Shown here one piece after another: positions 39,035 to 48,748 of a stretch of 64,000 nucleotides of DNA. The notes beneath the pieces are model-generated. The model had not been told where the DNA came from. It saw only the letters and a program-made list of their open reading frames with translations, and did no database searches. The position numbers were made by a program, and so were the translations under genes. Position 1 is the stretch's first letter. Each line of letters starts with the position of its first letter. Source of the stretch: an uncultured Christensenellaceae bacterium (GTDB lineage Bacteria > Bacillota > Clostridia > Christensenellales > UBA3700); NCBI GenBank assembly GCA_944376205.1, contig CALWBV010000003.1, forward strand, positions 101,678 to 165,677, given 5' to 3'.

Positions 39035-39071
39035 TGAGGATATACGAAAGTATGTCCTCATTTTGTTTTTT
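39035..39071 (+). terminator. intrinsic terminator after pyrH
   Basis: GAGGATATAC-gaaa-GTATGTCCTC, a 10-bp stem with one G-U and a GNRA loop, followed by TTTTGTTTTTT. Confidence 0.8.
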
Positions 39072-39149
39072 CTCGCAAGTTTGTCTTGTAGCAAAATGTA
39101 AAAAATAAATAATTGTGCCTATAATTATATAAAAATATAATAAAAAGCA

Positions 39150-39178
39150 TTGTATTTGATTTTAACTTTTGATATAAT
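39150..39178 (+). promoter_or_regulatory. sigma-A promoter of frr
   Basis: TTGTAT (39150-39155), 17-nt spacer, TGaTATAAT extended -10 (39170-39178). Confidence 0.55.
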
Positions 39179-39207
39179 TATTGTAGCAAATTGCAAGGAG
39201 AAATACT

Positions 39208-39783
39208 ATGGCATACGAACTTATGGAAGTATTGGAAGTCTTTGACGAGTTTGAAACAAAAATGAGCAAAAGTATCGCAAGTCTTCAATACGAGTTCAAC
39301 AATATGAAAGCAGGCAGAGCAAATGCGCATTTGCTCGATAAAATTACCGTTGATTACTACGGCACGCCCACACCGCTCAAGCAGATCGGCAACATTCAGA
39401 CTCCCGAAGCAAGAATGCTTTTGATCACGGTATGGGATACTTCTATTCTCAAAGAAGTAGAAAAAGCAATTATTGCGGCAAATATCGGAATCACTCCCAA
39501 CAACGACGGTAAAGTCATCAGACTCATATTCCCCGAATTGACGGAAGAGAGAAGAAAAGAACTCTGCAAGAGTATCAAAGCTTTGGCTGAAAATACAAAA
39601 GTCGCTTTGAGAAATGCAAGAAGAGATATAAATGACAGTATCAAAAAGTTCAAGAAGGACAATCTCATTAGTGAGGACGAAGTCGGCGTATACGAAAAAG
39701 ACGTCGATAAAAAACTTGCAGAACAGGTTGATATAGTCGACAAGATGACTAAAGAAAAAGAACAAGAAGTTCTTTCAGTATAA
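39208..39783 (+). CDS. frr: ribosome recycling factor
   Basis: ...MKAGRANAHLLDKITVDYYGTPTPLKQ..., IPELTEERRKEL, RNARRD. Confidence 0.95.
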   Translation: MAYELMEVLEVFDEFETKMSKSIASLQYEFNNMKAGRANAHLLDKITVDYYGTPTPLKQIGNIQTPEARMLLITVWDTSILKEVEKAIIAANIGITPNNDGKVIRLIFPELTEERRKELCKSIKALAENTKVALRNARRDINDSIKKFKKDNLISEDEVGVYEKDVDKKLAEQVDIVDKMTKEKEQEVLSV

Positions 39784-39794
39784 TTATAAAGCAG

Positions 39795-39821
39795 GTCGGC
39801 TGCAAAAGCCGACTTGTTGTT
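39795..39821 (+). terminator. hairpin/terminator after frr
   Basis: GTCGGCT-gcaaa-AGCCGAC 7-bp stem followed by TTGTTGTT (an interrupted U tract). Confidence 0.55.
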
Positions 39822-39836
39822 AGATAAAGGTAAACT

Positions 39837-40532
39837 ATGGCAAACAATTTGAAAATACCTCGTCATATAGCATTTATAATGGACGGCAACGGCAGATGGG
39901 CGCAACAAAGAGGGCTTCAGCGAAGCGACGGACACCGTGCAGGTGCGGAAGCTTTGAAAAAAATGCTTATTGCCTGTTCCAAAAAGGGTATCGAAGCGGT
40001 AAGCGTATATGCTTTTTCATGCGAGAATTGGTCGAGACCGCAGGCGGAAATCAAGTTTTTGTTTTCGCTTATCTCGCAGTTTGCCAAAAAAGAATTAAAA
40101 ACCTACGCTGATCAAGGTTTCAGGGTAAGATTCAGCGGGGATTTGTCTCAATTGCCCAAAAATACTCTCAATGCGATAAATAAGGTGATTGATTACAGTA
40201 AAAACAATACGGGGATGATTGTAAATATTGCCTTGAATTACGGTTCGAGACAGGAGATTGTCAGAGCAGTCAATTTGATTCTTCAAAGCGGTATCAGATC
40301 TGTAGACGAACAGATGGTTGAAGATTGCCTTTATACGGTAGGTCTTCCTCCGCTCGATTTGGTCGTACGCTCCAGCGGAGAAAAACGTTTGAGTAACTTC
40401 ATGCTTTGGCAATGCGCTTACAGCGAATTGATTTTTTTGGATAAGTTTTGGCCTGACTTCGATGAGAATACGCTCGAGGAAATTCTTAAAGAGTATTCTT
40501 TACGTGACAGGCGTTTTGGAGGGATAAAATAA
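39837..40532 (+). CDS. uppS: isoprenyl transferase (undecaprenyl diphosphate synthase) UppS
   Basis: PRHIAFIMDGNGRWA, AFSCENWSRP, RSSGEKRLSNFMLWQ. Confidence 0.95.
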   Translation: MANNLKIPRHIAFIMDGNGRWAQQRGLQRSDGHRAGAEALKKMLIACSKKGIEAVSVYAFSCENWSRPQAEIKFLFSLISQFAKKELKTYADQGFRVRFSGDLSQLPKNTLNAINKVIDYSKNNTGMIVNIALNYGSRQEIVRAVNLILQSGIRSVDEQMVEDCLYTVGLPPLDLVVRSSGEKRLSNFMLWQCAYSELIFLDKFWPDFDENTLEEILKEYSLRDRRFGGIK

Positions 40533-41413
40533 TGTTGAAGAGGATACTGACCGCTACGGTATTGCTGGTACTTGTATTTGCCGCAATTCTTGGTTTCAGA
40601 CAGATTTTCGTAGAATTTGCAGATATATTGGGAATAATAATTTGTTGCCTCGGTGTCTATGAAATGGCGTGTGCTTTCAAAAAAGCCGAATACAACTCTA
40701 TGAAAACAAGTCTGATTTTCGGTTGTATTTTGATATATCCGCTTACCTTGCTTTTTGAAAAAACGATAGGTAAAGGTGAGGTTGGAATTATCGTAACGCT
40801 TGTTTTGAGCGTAATGATAGCTATAGTAGAATTTACTTTTGTACATAAATACGAACTTAAGGATTTGCTTGCGACGATTTTTATTCTGATATATCCTTTG
40901 TCTATGTTTTCGATATTCTTTATCGTCAATCACAGTCAATACGGAATGCTCGGAATTTTCCTCGCCCTTTTGATTCCCGTAATGTCCGATACAATGGCAT
41001 ATTTTATAGGAATTACTTTCAAAGGCAAAAAATTGTGTCCCGAGATAAGTCCTAAAAAGACTATAAGCGGTGCAATAGGCGGACTTTTCGGAGGAATTAT
41101 CGGCGCTATGCTTGTTTACGTTTTGTTTGACGTAACAGGCTTGTTCGTAAACTTCAACAACGTCGGCATAATGCATTTGTCCGACAGTCTGCTTGCGTCG
41201 GCGTTTATTTATCTTGCGATAGGATTAGTCGGCGGAGTATTGAGCGAAGTCGGAGATTTAGGCGCTAGCTGGATAAAGAGAAAAGCCGGCATTAAAGATT
41301 TTGGCAAGATATTCCCCGGACACGGCGGAATGATGGACAGACTTGACAGTATACTTTTTGTCTTGCCGTTGGTATATTTAGTAATAAATATAGTCAGTGC
41401 GGTAAACGCATAA
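40532..41413 (+). CDS. cdsA: phosphatidate cytidylyltransferase CdsA
   Basis: Polytopic membrane protein with SDTMAYFIG, PKKTISG and the C-terminal signature GDLGASWIKRKAGIKDFGKIFPGHGGMMDRLDS. Confidence 0.9.
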   Translation: MLKRILTATVLLVLVFAAILGFRQIFVEFADILGIIICCLGVYEMACAFKKAEYNSMKTSLIFGCILIYPLTLLFEKTIGKGEVGIIVTLVLSVMIAIVEFTFVHKYELKDLLATIFILIYPLSMFSIFFIVNHSQYGMLGIFLALLIPVMSDTMAYFIGITFKGKKLCPEISPKKTISGAIGGLFGGIIGAMLVYVLFDVTGLFVNFNNVGIMHLSDSLLASAFIYLAIGLVGGVLSEVGDLGASWIKRKAGIKDFGKIFPGHGGMMDRLDSILFVLPLVYLVINIVSAVNA

Positions 41414-41438
41414 TACATAATATAATAAGGACGATACG

Positions 41439-42572
41439 ATGAAAAGAATTTGCATTTTAGGCAGTACGGGGTCAATCGGTACGCAGGCTTTGGAAGTCGT
41501 GGATAAATATCCCGACAAATTCAAAGTCGAGGCACTTGCTTGCAATTCAAACAGATTGATTCTTTCGCAAATCGCAAAATATATGCCTAAATATGTTGCC
41601 GTCGTAGACAGGTCGTTGGCAGATGACATACAAAGCAAATATCCAGATATCAAGGTCTTGCAAGGATATATCGGTATATGCGCTCTTGCCGAAATTAAAT
41701 TTGATTTACTTCTCAATTCGCTTGTCGGAATAAGCGGACTTAAGCCCACGCTCAATGCCATAAGAGCACACAGCACAATAGCTTTGGCGAACAAAGAAAC
41801 ACTTGTGGCAGGCGGCGATTTGGTTATGCCTCTTGCAAAGCAAGAGGGGGTGGAAATTCTTCCTGTTGACAGTGAGCACAGCGCTATATGGCAATCGCTT
41901 ACAGCCAAGAACGTTTCGAAGATATTGCTTACCGCCAGCGGAGGGGCGTTCAGAGATAAAACGAAAGAGGAGCTTAAGACGGCAAAGGCCGTCGACGCAC
42001 TCAAACATCCCAACTGGGATATGGGAGCAAAAGTCACTATTGACAGTGCAACTTTGATGAACAAAGGTCTTGAAATTATCGAAGCTATGCACCTTTTCGG
42101 TGTAAGCAGCGAAGATATCAAAGTCCTTGTGCACAGACAAAGCGTAGTTCACAGTATGGTTGAATACGCCGACGGAAGCGTAATTGCACAACTCAGTTAT
42201 CCGGATATGCGTCTTCCTATTCAGATAGCTATGCTGTATCCCGAAAGAGGAGACGTCGCTTTCAACAAATACGATTTTATCGGGAAATCTCTGACTTTTG
42301 AAGATGCGGACGAAGAAAGGTTCCCTTGTCTTAAAATAGCAAAATATTGCGCAAAAGAGAGAGGATTGGCTCCCGTTATCATGAATGCGGCAAACGAAGT
42401 TCTCGTAAAAGCCTATTTGGATAATAAAATAACTTTTTACGACATACCTTATTATATAGAACTTGCACTCGACAAATTCTACCACGGTCAAAGGATTGTC
42501 GACGAGCAGTCAATTTACGATACGGACGACGACGTGCGTAAATACGTAGTCGGACTCGTAGAGTCGAGGTGA
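41439..42572 (+). CDS. dxr: 1-deoxy-D-xylulose-5-phosphate reductoisomerase
   Basis: ILGSTGSIGTQAL, LANKETLV, PVDSEHSAI, HPNWDMGAKVTIDSATLMNKGLE. Confidence 0.95.
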   Translation: MKRICILGSTGSIGTQALEVVDKYPDKFKVEALACNSNRLILSQIAKYMPKYVAVVDRSLADDIQSKYPDIKVLQGYIGICALAEIKFDLLLNSLVGISGLKPTLNAIRAHSTIALANKETLVAGGDLVMPLAKQEGVEILPVDSEHSAIWQSLTAKNVSKILLTASGGAFRDKTKEELKTAKAVDALKHPNWDMGAKVTIDSATLMNKGLEIIEAMHLFGVSSEDIKVLVHRQSVVHSMVEYADGSVIAQLSYPDMRLPIQIAMLYPERGDVAFNKYDFIGKSLTFEDADEERFPCLKIAKYCAKERGLAPVIMNAANEVLVKAYLDNKITFYDIPYYIELALDKFYHGQRIVDEQSIYDTDDDVRKYVVGLVESR

Positions 42573-42574
42573 AA

Positions 42575-43750
42575 ATGGTTTTTTGTATGGCGGTAAGCGC
42601 AGTCGAAGTTTTCAAATGGATAGGCTACTTCATAGTGGCTTTGCTGTGCCTTATGCTCATGATAATGCTTCACGAGTTGGGACATTATACTTTCGGCAAG
42701 ATTTTTAAGTTCAAAATAAACGAATTTTCAATAGGTTTCGGGCCTAAAATTTTCAGTAAGACAAACAGTAAAACAGGTGAAGTTTTTTCGATAAGGTGTA
42801 TTCCTCTCGGCGGTTATTGCGCATTTGCCGGAGAAGATGAGGAAGTTCCCGAAGAAAAAGATATCCCGGAGGGTGAAGACGCTTCAAAATACGATCATTA
42901 TTTCAACAAACGGCCCGTTTGGCAGAGAATAATAGTGCTGTTTGCAGGTGCAGGCTTCAATTTTATTTCGGCACTTATAGTTATTACTATATTTTTCTCG
43001 GCATACGGAGAATATTTCCCCGTAGTCGGCAACGTATATCAGCACGTCGAGTACAATGAGGACGGAAGTTACGAAGTTATAGAGGGATCGCAGAAGTTGC
43101 AGGAAGGCGATATAATATATTCGGTCAACGGCAAATACTGTTACAGCCTTCTTGAATTCAACAAACTCAATCAGCTTGTTGCGCAATCTGACGTACTCGA
43201 TCTCGTAGTAATAAGAGACGGTGAAAAAATTAATATTCAACTTGAAAAAAACTATTATTTGACCTATGAAACTAACGATGAATCGGGTGAAGATACAGAA
43301 ATAATCAGTCAAAATAAAGGCGTCGGTATGTCTTTGGCAACCTTCAGTGTACAGAAATTGCCTTTCGGAAGGGCTATCGCTCACGGCTTTACATTCGGTT
43401 ACGATATTTTGCGTGTGACTTTCAGTACGTTGGGACAGGTATTCACTGGAAGTGTGGCGGTCAGCGATTCGCTTGGCGGCACCGCTACGGCAATTTACTC
43501 TTTGGCTCAACTTGTACAGGCGGGCATTCCTGCGATAATTTACGGCTTTTGTCTGTTGTCTGTTTCAATAGGTATTATGAATATTCTGCCGCTTCCCGCT
43601 TTGGACGGATCGAGAATAGTTTTTGCAATAATAGAAGGTATCAGAAAGAAGCCTGTCAACAGAAAAGTCGAGGGAATGATTCACTTTGTAGGTATCATAG
43701 TGCTTTTTGCGCTTGCAATAATACTCGATTTATTGCATTTTTTCGGTTAG
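42575..43750 (+). CDS. rseP: RIP metalloprotease RseP
   Basis: HELGH zinc motif in the first TM, a PDZ-like middle region, and C-terminal NILPLPALDG. Start is ambiguous (GTG 42569, ATG 42575 or ATG 42587). Confidence 0.85.
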   Translation: MVFCMAVSAVEVFKWIGYFIVALLCLMLMIMLHELGHYTFGKIFKFKINEFSIGFGPKIFSKTNSKTGEVFSIRCIPLGGYCAFAGEDEEVPEEKDIPEGEDASKYDHYFNKRPVWQRIIVLFAGAGFNFISALIVITIFFSAYGEYFPVVGNVYQHVEYNEDGSYEVIEGSQKLQEGDIIYSVNGKYCYSLLEFNKLNQLVAQSDVLDLVVIRDGEKINIQLEKNYYLTYETNDESGEDTEIISQNKGVGMSLATFSVQKLPFGRAIAHGFTFGYDILRVTFSTLGQVFTGSVAVSDSLGGTATAIYSLAQLVQAGIPAIIYGFCLLSVSIGIMNILPLPALDGSRIVFAIIEGIRKKPVNRKVEGMIHFVGIIVLFALAIILDLLHFFG

Positions 43751-43763
43751 CTCGGAGGTTTAT

Positions 43764-44810
43764 ATGGCGAACAAAAGAATAGTTAATGTAGGAAACGTGC
43801 AGATAGGAAACGGAGTAGTGACGATACAGTCGATGACTAATACAAAGACCAGCGATATCGACGCTACGACAGAGCAGATTTTGCAATTGGAAAAAGCCGG
43901 ATGCGAGCTTGTAAGAAGTTCCGTTCCCGACGAAGAAAGCGCTATCGCACTCAAAGAAATAATAAAAAATATTCATATTCCGATGATTGCGGATATTCAT
44001 TTTTCGCATAAGCTCGCCATCATGGCAGCTGACGCAGGAGTGCATAAGATAAGGATTAATCCCGGCAATATCGGCGGAGTAGATAAGGCAAAATATCTTG
44101 CCGACTATTTGAGAGAGAGAAATATTGCTTTGCGAATAGGCGTAAACGGCGGTTCTTTGGATGCGAAATACAAAGGTATGCCGCTTGCCGAAGCTATGTG
44201 TAAAAGTGCGCTCGAATACGTATCGGTACTTGAAAAATGCAATTTTTACGATATAGTAATATCTGCGAAATCTTCCAATGTTAAGACTATGGTCGATACC
44301 TACAGACTTTTGGACAAGTCATGCGATTATCCTTTGCATCTCGGAGTTACGGAGGCGGGAATTTATCATACCGGACTTGTAAAGTCCGCAGTAGGAATAG
44401 GCGCATTGTTGCTTGAGGGCATAGGAGATACCATAAGGGTTTCTTTGAGCGACGATCCCGTACGAGAGGTCGAAGCTGCAAAAGATATTCTTAAAGCTTG
44501 CGATAAATATACAAAACCTTATTGCGAAATAATTTCGTGTCCTACATGCGCCCGTACAAATATCAGAGTTAAAGAACTTGCCGAACAGGTTGAAAAAATG
44601 TGCGAAAACATAGACAAACCTCTCAAGGTTGCAGTTATGGGCTGTGTAGTAAACGGCATAGGCGAGTCGCAAGGTGCAAATCTGGGAGTAGCGGGAGGTA
44701 AGGATAAATCGGCTATTTTTGTAGACGGAGAATATGTCTGCAATGTCGAAAACGACGATATTCTGCCCACACTCAAAAAATATATACTCGAATACAAGAT
44801 AAAGAAATAA
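43764..44810 (+). CDS. ispG: 4-hydroxy-3-methylbut-2-en-1-yl diphosphate synthase IspG
   Basis: VQSMTNTKT, RINPGNIG, GVNGGSL, ISCPTCART...MGCVVNGIGE. Confidence 0.95.
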   Translation: MANKRIVNVGNVQIGNGVVTIQSMTNTKTSDIDATTEQILQLEKAGCELVRSSVPDEESAIALKEIIKNIHIPMIADIHFSHKLAIMAADAGVHKIRINPGNIGGVDKAKYLADYLRERNIALRIGVNGGSLDAKYKGMPLAEAMCKSALEYVSVLEKCNFYDIVISAKSSNVKTMVDTYRLLDKSCDYPLHLGVTEAGIYHTGLVKSAVGIGALLLEGIGDTIRVSLSDDPVREVEAAKDILKACDKYTKPYCEIISCPTCARTNIRVKELAEQVEKMCENIDKPLKVAVMGCVVNGIGESQGANLGVAGGKDKSAIFVDGEYVCNVENDDILPTLKKYILEYKIKK

Positions 44811-44829
44811 TTAACACATATAAAGAAAA

Positions 44830-46425
44830 ATGCAGTTTTTAGACAGATTAAATCAAGCAACCGACAATAAATATTCATTTTTAAGAGTGAGTAATCTTAA
44901 TCTCGACATCGGAACAAATTCGTTGTCCGTAGTCTGTCTTTTGCCTCCCGATATCACGGATAAAGAATTTTCCGAGGAGGACAAGCTCAAAGTAGAGGAG
45001 TTTTGCAGACAGGAAATACCCGAACAGTTTTCTCTTAAAATCGTATTTATAAAAAACAAACTCAACAAAGAAGCACTTCTCAAACAGGTTCTCACGTTTA
45101 TGTCCAACAAGCACAAGACTCTTGCCGGACAATATGACGCAGGTATGACGGATATAGATATCGAAGATAAAAAGATAATTATCAATCTTTATATGACCAG
45201 TGCCGTTATCGACTATTGCGAGAGAAGCGGACTCAAAGAAAACCTTGCTAAATACATATATTCGCAGAATTGTACGGATAAAGTAATAGTTAAGTTGAAC
45301 GTATCCAAACAAGTGGATTCAGAGGAATTGCTTACCGACAGAGAAAACGTCAAATACGTCGATATGGGAGAAGTCGATATTATAGGCAGCTACCATTATT
45401 ATATCGGCAAGGATATTCTTAAGAAACCCAGATACATAGAAAAATACAAAAAAGAGATGGACGGAGTATGCGTTTGCGGCACCGTCAGAGAACTTAAATC
45501 CTTTAATATAACGGACAAAAATTCTCCTGATAAAAAACTGAAAAAAGTCCTGTATAAGTTTATTATAGACGATACGACGGGTACAATGGACTGTCTTTAT
45601 TTTGCACGTCCGCGCAAGTCCAAAAATCATGAAAGCGATAAGCCTTACGTAACTTGTCTCGACGGACTTAAAGACGGCGACGATGTTGTCGTTTTCGGAA
45701 ACTACCGAAAGAGCGATTATTCCGGTAAAAACGAACTTATGGTGGTAAAACTCGCTGCGTGCAAGATAAATTATCAGGGACTTGAAGACAGGCGGGAAAG
45801 CATTAAAAAGGCAAATAAAATCAAGGTATTCCAAAAGCCTCAACCTTATAAAGAAGAGATAAAAGACAATCTTTTCGATATACTAGGACATTGCGACTAT
45901 ATAATGCAAAATAAGTTTATAGTCTTCGACCTTGAGACGACCGGTACAAGCATATCCAACGATGAAATAATAGAAATCGGAGCCGTAAAATTGGTTGAAG
46001 GAAAAATCACAGAGTATTATAATACTCTGGTTGACCCCGACAGACATATACCGGACGAAGCTTCCAACGTAAACCATATATACGATGACGACGTCAAAAA
46101 CGCACCGTATATCGAAGACGTTTTTCCTTTCTTTATGCAGTATTGCAAAGGTTATATACTTATAGCTCACAACGGAAGCGGTTTTGACTTCAGATTTTTG
46201 GAAAGGTATTGTAATAAATACGGAATCCCTTTTGAAAACGAACTGATAGATTCTCTTACAGAAGCGCGTAAAATTCTCAAAAAACAACGCTCGCATAGTC
46301 TGGCTTCGCTTTGTAATTATTACAATATTGTCAATAAAAACGCTCACAGAGCATATGAAGATGCTGAAGCGACGGCAAAAGTGTTTGTAAAACTCATGGA
46401 CGAATTATACCGAAAAGACGAATAA
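44830..46425 (+). CDS. PolC-N-terminus-like/OB-fold protein fused to a DEDDh (DnaQ-type) 3'-5' exonuclease; no polymerase or PHP domain
   Basis: Exo motifs FIVFDLETTG, IAHNGSGFDFRFL and HRAYEDAEATAKVF lie in the last ~170 aa. The preceding ~340 aa include an OB-like block (YKFIIDDTTGTMDCLYF...VVVFGNY). It occupies the slot between ispG and rimP. Confidence 0.7.
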   Translation: MQFLDRLNQATDNKYSFLRVSNLNLDIGTNSLSVVCLLPPDITDKEFSEEDKLKVEEFCRQEIPEQFSLKIVFIKNKLNKEALLKQVLTFMSNKHKTLAGQYDAGMTDIDIEDKKIIINLYMTSAVIDYCERSGLKENLAKYIYSQNCTDKVIVKLNVSKQVDSEELLTDRENVKYVDMGEVDIIGSYHYYIGKDILKKPRYIEKYKKEMDGVCVCGTVRELKSFNITDKNSPDKKLKKVLYKFIIDDTTGTMDCLYFARPRKSKNHESDKPYVTCLDGLKDGDDVVVFGNYRKSDYSGKNELMVVKLAACKINYQGLEDRRESIKKANKIKVFQKPQPYKEEIKDNLFDILGHCDYIMQNKFIVFDLETTGTSISNDEIIEIGAVKLVEGKITEYYNTLVDPDRHIPDEASNVNHIYDDDVKNAPYIEDVFPFFMQYCKGYILIAHNGSGFDFRFLERYCNKYGIPFENELIDSLTEARKILKKQRSHSLASLCNYYNIVNKNAHRAYEDAEATAKVFVKLMDELYRKDE

Positions 46426-46511
46426 CGGTATTAATAATTTCGCAATATGTGCCATTTTACGACGAAATTTGCTTAAAAATAAATATAATAAATATTTATT
46501 GTATAAAAAGG

Positions 46512-46540
46512 TTGCATATGGTGAATAAATATGGTATATT
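46512..46540 (+). promoter_or_regulatory. sigma-A promoter of the rimP-nusA-infB operon
   Basis: TTGCAT (46512-46517), 17-nt spacer, TGgTATATT extended -10 (46532-46540). Confidence 0.55.
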
Positions 46541-46561
46541 ATTAGTGCAATAGTTGATACT

Positions 46562-46588
46562 AGAGCGACTGCAAACCGCAGTCGCTCT
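46562..46588 (+). promoter_or_regulatory. perfect 11-bp leader hairpin upstream of rimP
   Basis: AGAGCGACTGC-aaacc-GCAGTCGCTCT with no U tract after it. It lies between the promoter and the rimP SD. Confidence 0.5.
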
Positions 46589-46609
46589 CAAACTATACAA
46601 AGAGGTTTT

Positions 46610-47083
46610 ATGTCAAAAATAACTGAAATAGTGAAAAATACGGTTGAACCTATCATCGAAGAAAAGGAGATGGAGCTTGTCGACGTTGAGTTCAAAAAAC
46701 TTTACGGAGAAGACACTTTGATCGTATATATCGACAAAGCAGGCGGAGTAAGTCTGGACGATTGCGAAATAATTCATAATGCAATCGACGCACCTTTGGA
46801 TGACCTCGATCCTACGGAGGGAAAGCCTTACAATCTCAACGTATCTTCACCGGGTATTGACAGACCGCTCAAAACCGCAAAAGATTTCAACAGAAAACTC
46901 GGTCTCGATATGGAAGTTTCGCTTTATAAACCTTGCGTTGAGACGGGAAAAACTAAAAAATTCGTCGCAAAACTCATCGGATACGATGATGAAAGCGGCA
47001 CAATCGAACTCGAATACAAAACAAAAAATATAAAACTTAATATCAAGGACGTGGCACTTATAAGAGAAGCCATAGTCTTTTAG
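46610..47083 (+). CDS. rimP: ribosome maturation factor RimP
   Basis: 157 aa with ...ELVDVEF..., LIVYIDK.GGVSLDDCE and SSPGIDRPLK. It lies upstream of nusA. Confidence 0.9.
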   Translation: MSKITEIVKNTVEPIIEEKEMELVDVEFKKLYGEDTLIVYIDKAGGVSLDDCEIIHNAIDAPLDDLDPTEGKPYNLNVSSPGIDRPLKTAKDFNRKLGLDMEVSLYKPCVETGKTKKFVAKLIGYDDESGTIELEYKTKNIKLNIKDVALIREAIVF

Positions 47084-47092
47084 GAGGACAAA

Positions 47093-48172
47093 ATGTTAAA
47101 CAAGGATTTCTTTGCCGCACTCGAAGCGCTGGAAAATGAAAAGAAAATCGAAAAGGCTCAATATATTGAGTCTCTCGAAGCAGGACTCGCTGCCGCATAT
47201 AAGAAAGAGACGGGCGAAAACAGACCTGTAATGGTTGTGCTCAATCCTCAACGTTCAGAGATAAAGATATATGCTTATAAGACGGTTGTGGAAGAAGTAG
47301 TAGACAGCGAAAAAGAGATTTCTCTCGAAGACGCTAAAGCCATTAAATCCAGCTATAAGGTTGGCGATTTGGTAAAAGAGGAACTTTCTCCCAAGACGCT
47401 CAGCCGTATTTCCGCACAAAATGCAAAGCAGGTTATTACGCAAAGAAACAACGAAATCGTCAAAGAACTTATCAAAGACGAAATGAACAATAAAGAAGGC
47501 GAAATCGTCAAAGGTATCGTCAGAAGAATCGAAAACAACACGGTTTATCTCGAAATGACGGGAACCCAGCTCGAAGGCGTTATGCTTCCTTCCGAACAGA
47601 TAAAGGGCGAAAGATACAACGTAAACGACGTAATCAACGTATATGTCAAGAACGTACGTACAACCTTTAAGGGTAACACGCAGGTTATGGTTTCGAGAGC
47701 CAGTATAGGATTTGTCAAGAAGCTTTTCGAAATGGAAGTTCCTGAAATCAAGGCAAATCTCGTCAATATCAAAAAGATCGTCAGAGAACCCGGTTACCGT
47801 ACAAAGATGGCTGTATATGCAGAGGACAGTTCGATTGACGCTGTAGGTAGTTGCATCGGTCAGAAAGGTATGAGAATCAACAGTATCGTTCAGGAACTCA
47901 ACGGCGAAAAAATAGATATTATTGGTTACAGCCAAGACATGGGCGAATACATTTCCAGAGCGCTTTCTCCTGCAAAGGTTATTGCAGTTATGCTTAAGCC
48001 CGAAGAAAAGAGCGCAAAGGCTATCGTCGAAGACGATAAACTTTCTCTCGCTATCGGCAAAGCAGGTCAGAACGTAAGACTTGCTGCAAAGCTTACAGAG
48101 TGGAAAATCGACGTAAAGCCTTATTCCTCCATTGCCGGACAGGAAGGTATGGAGCATATAACGCAGGAATAA
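47093..48172 (+). CDS. nusA: transcription termination/antitermination factor NusA
   Basis: S1 and KH domains: VSRASIGFVKKLFEMEVPEI, GSCIGQKGMRINSIVQELNGEKIDII, AIGKAGQNVRLAAKLTEWKIDV. Confidence 0.95.
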   Translation: MLNKDFFAALEALENEKKIEKAQYIESLEAGLAAAYKKETGENRPVMVVLNPQRSEIKIYAYKTVVEEVVDSEKEISLEDAKAIKSSYKVGDLVKEELSPKTLSRISAQNAKQVITQRNNEIVKELIKDEMNNKEGEIVKGIVRRIENNTVYLEMTGTQLEGVMLPSEQIKGERYNVNDVINVYVKNVRTTFKGNTQVMVSRASIGFVKKLFEMEVPEIKANLVNIKKIVREPGYRTKMAVYAEDSSIDAVGSCIGQKGMRINSIVQELNGEKIDIIGYSQDMGEYISRALSPAKVIAVMLKPEEKSAKAIVEDDKLSLAIGKAGQNVRLAAKLTEWKIDVKPYSSIAGQEGMEHITQE

Positions 48173-48181
48173 TTTACTGAT

Positions 48182-48448
48182 ATGAAAAAACCGCCTGTAA
48201 GAATGTGTATCGCGTGTCGCGGTGCTTTCGAAAAAAAACAGATGCTTCGGATAGTAAAGGACAAAGACGGCAATATTTCTTTGGACTTTACGGGAAAGAA
48301 GTCGGGAAGAGGCGCATATATTTGCGATAATCCCGCTTGCATAGATAAATGCGTTAAGAATAAAATCTTAAACCGTGTATTCGAGCAGGAAATCGGCGCA
48401 GAGGTTTACGATGCAATTAAAAAACAATATACCGATAAGCAAAATTGA
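48182..48448 (+). CDS. ylxR: YlxR/RnpM-family RNA-binding protein (DUF448)
   Basis: PVRMCIACRGAFEKKQMLRIV...GRGAYIC. Confidence 0.9.
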   Translation: MKKPPVRMCIACRGAFEKKQMLRIVKDKDGNISLDFTGKKSGRGAYICDNPACIDKCVKNKILNRVFEQEIGAEVYDAIKKQYTDKQN

Positions 48449-48725
48449 TTGCTACATACATTTTGCCGTAAAATCGGGAAAAGTTATTTGGGGCATTGAC
48501 AACCTGAAAAGAAGTGCTTCACAAAAAATAAAAATTGTTTTGTACGACGAGACTCTCGGACAAAACAGTATAAAAGAACTGGAACGGTTTATTCAGGAAA
48601 AACAAGTAAAGGCTTTGGCTTTGCCTGAAAACTATCTGAATAATCTTCTACGAAGAGAAAATGTAAAAGTTTTGACGATTACAGACGATTCTCTCGGTGC
48701 AGCAATACTCAATTATTGCGAATAA
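48411..48725 (+). CDS. L7Ae/YlxQ-family ribosomal-protein-like RNA-binding protein
   Basis: About 100 aa with AVKSGKVIWG... It lies between ylxR and infB, as ylxQ does in Bacillus. The start is uncertain (ATG 48411 overlaps ylxR). Confidence 0.6.
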   Translation: MQLKNNIPISKIDCYIHFAVKSGKVIWGIDNLKRSASQKIKIVLYDETLGQNSIKELERFIQEKQVKALALPENYLNNLLRRENVKVLTITDDSLGAAILNYCE

Positions 48726-48748
48726 CATAATAAATCGGAGGTGTTTTT

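Noticed and set aside
44796-44832. The PolC-like gene could have a leaderless start (TATAAA 44819-44824, 5 nt, ATG 44830).
   Set aside because: The spacing is 5 nt rather than 6, there is no credible -35, and the region directly follows the ispG stop, so simple co-transcription is equally likely.
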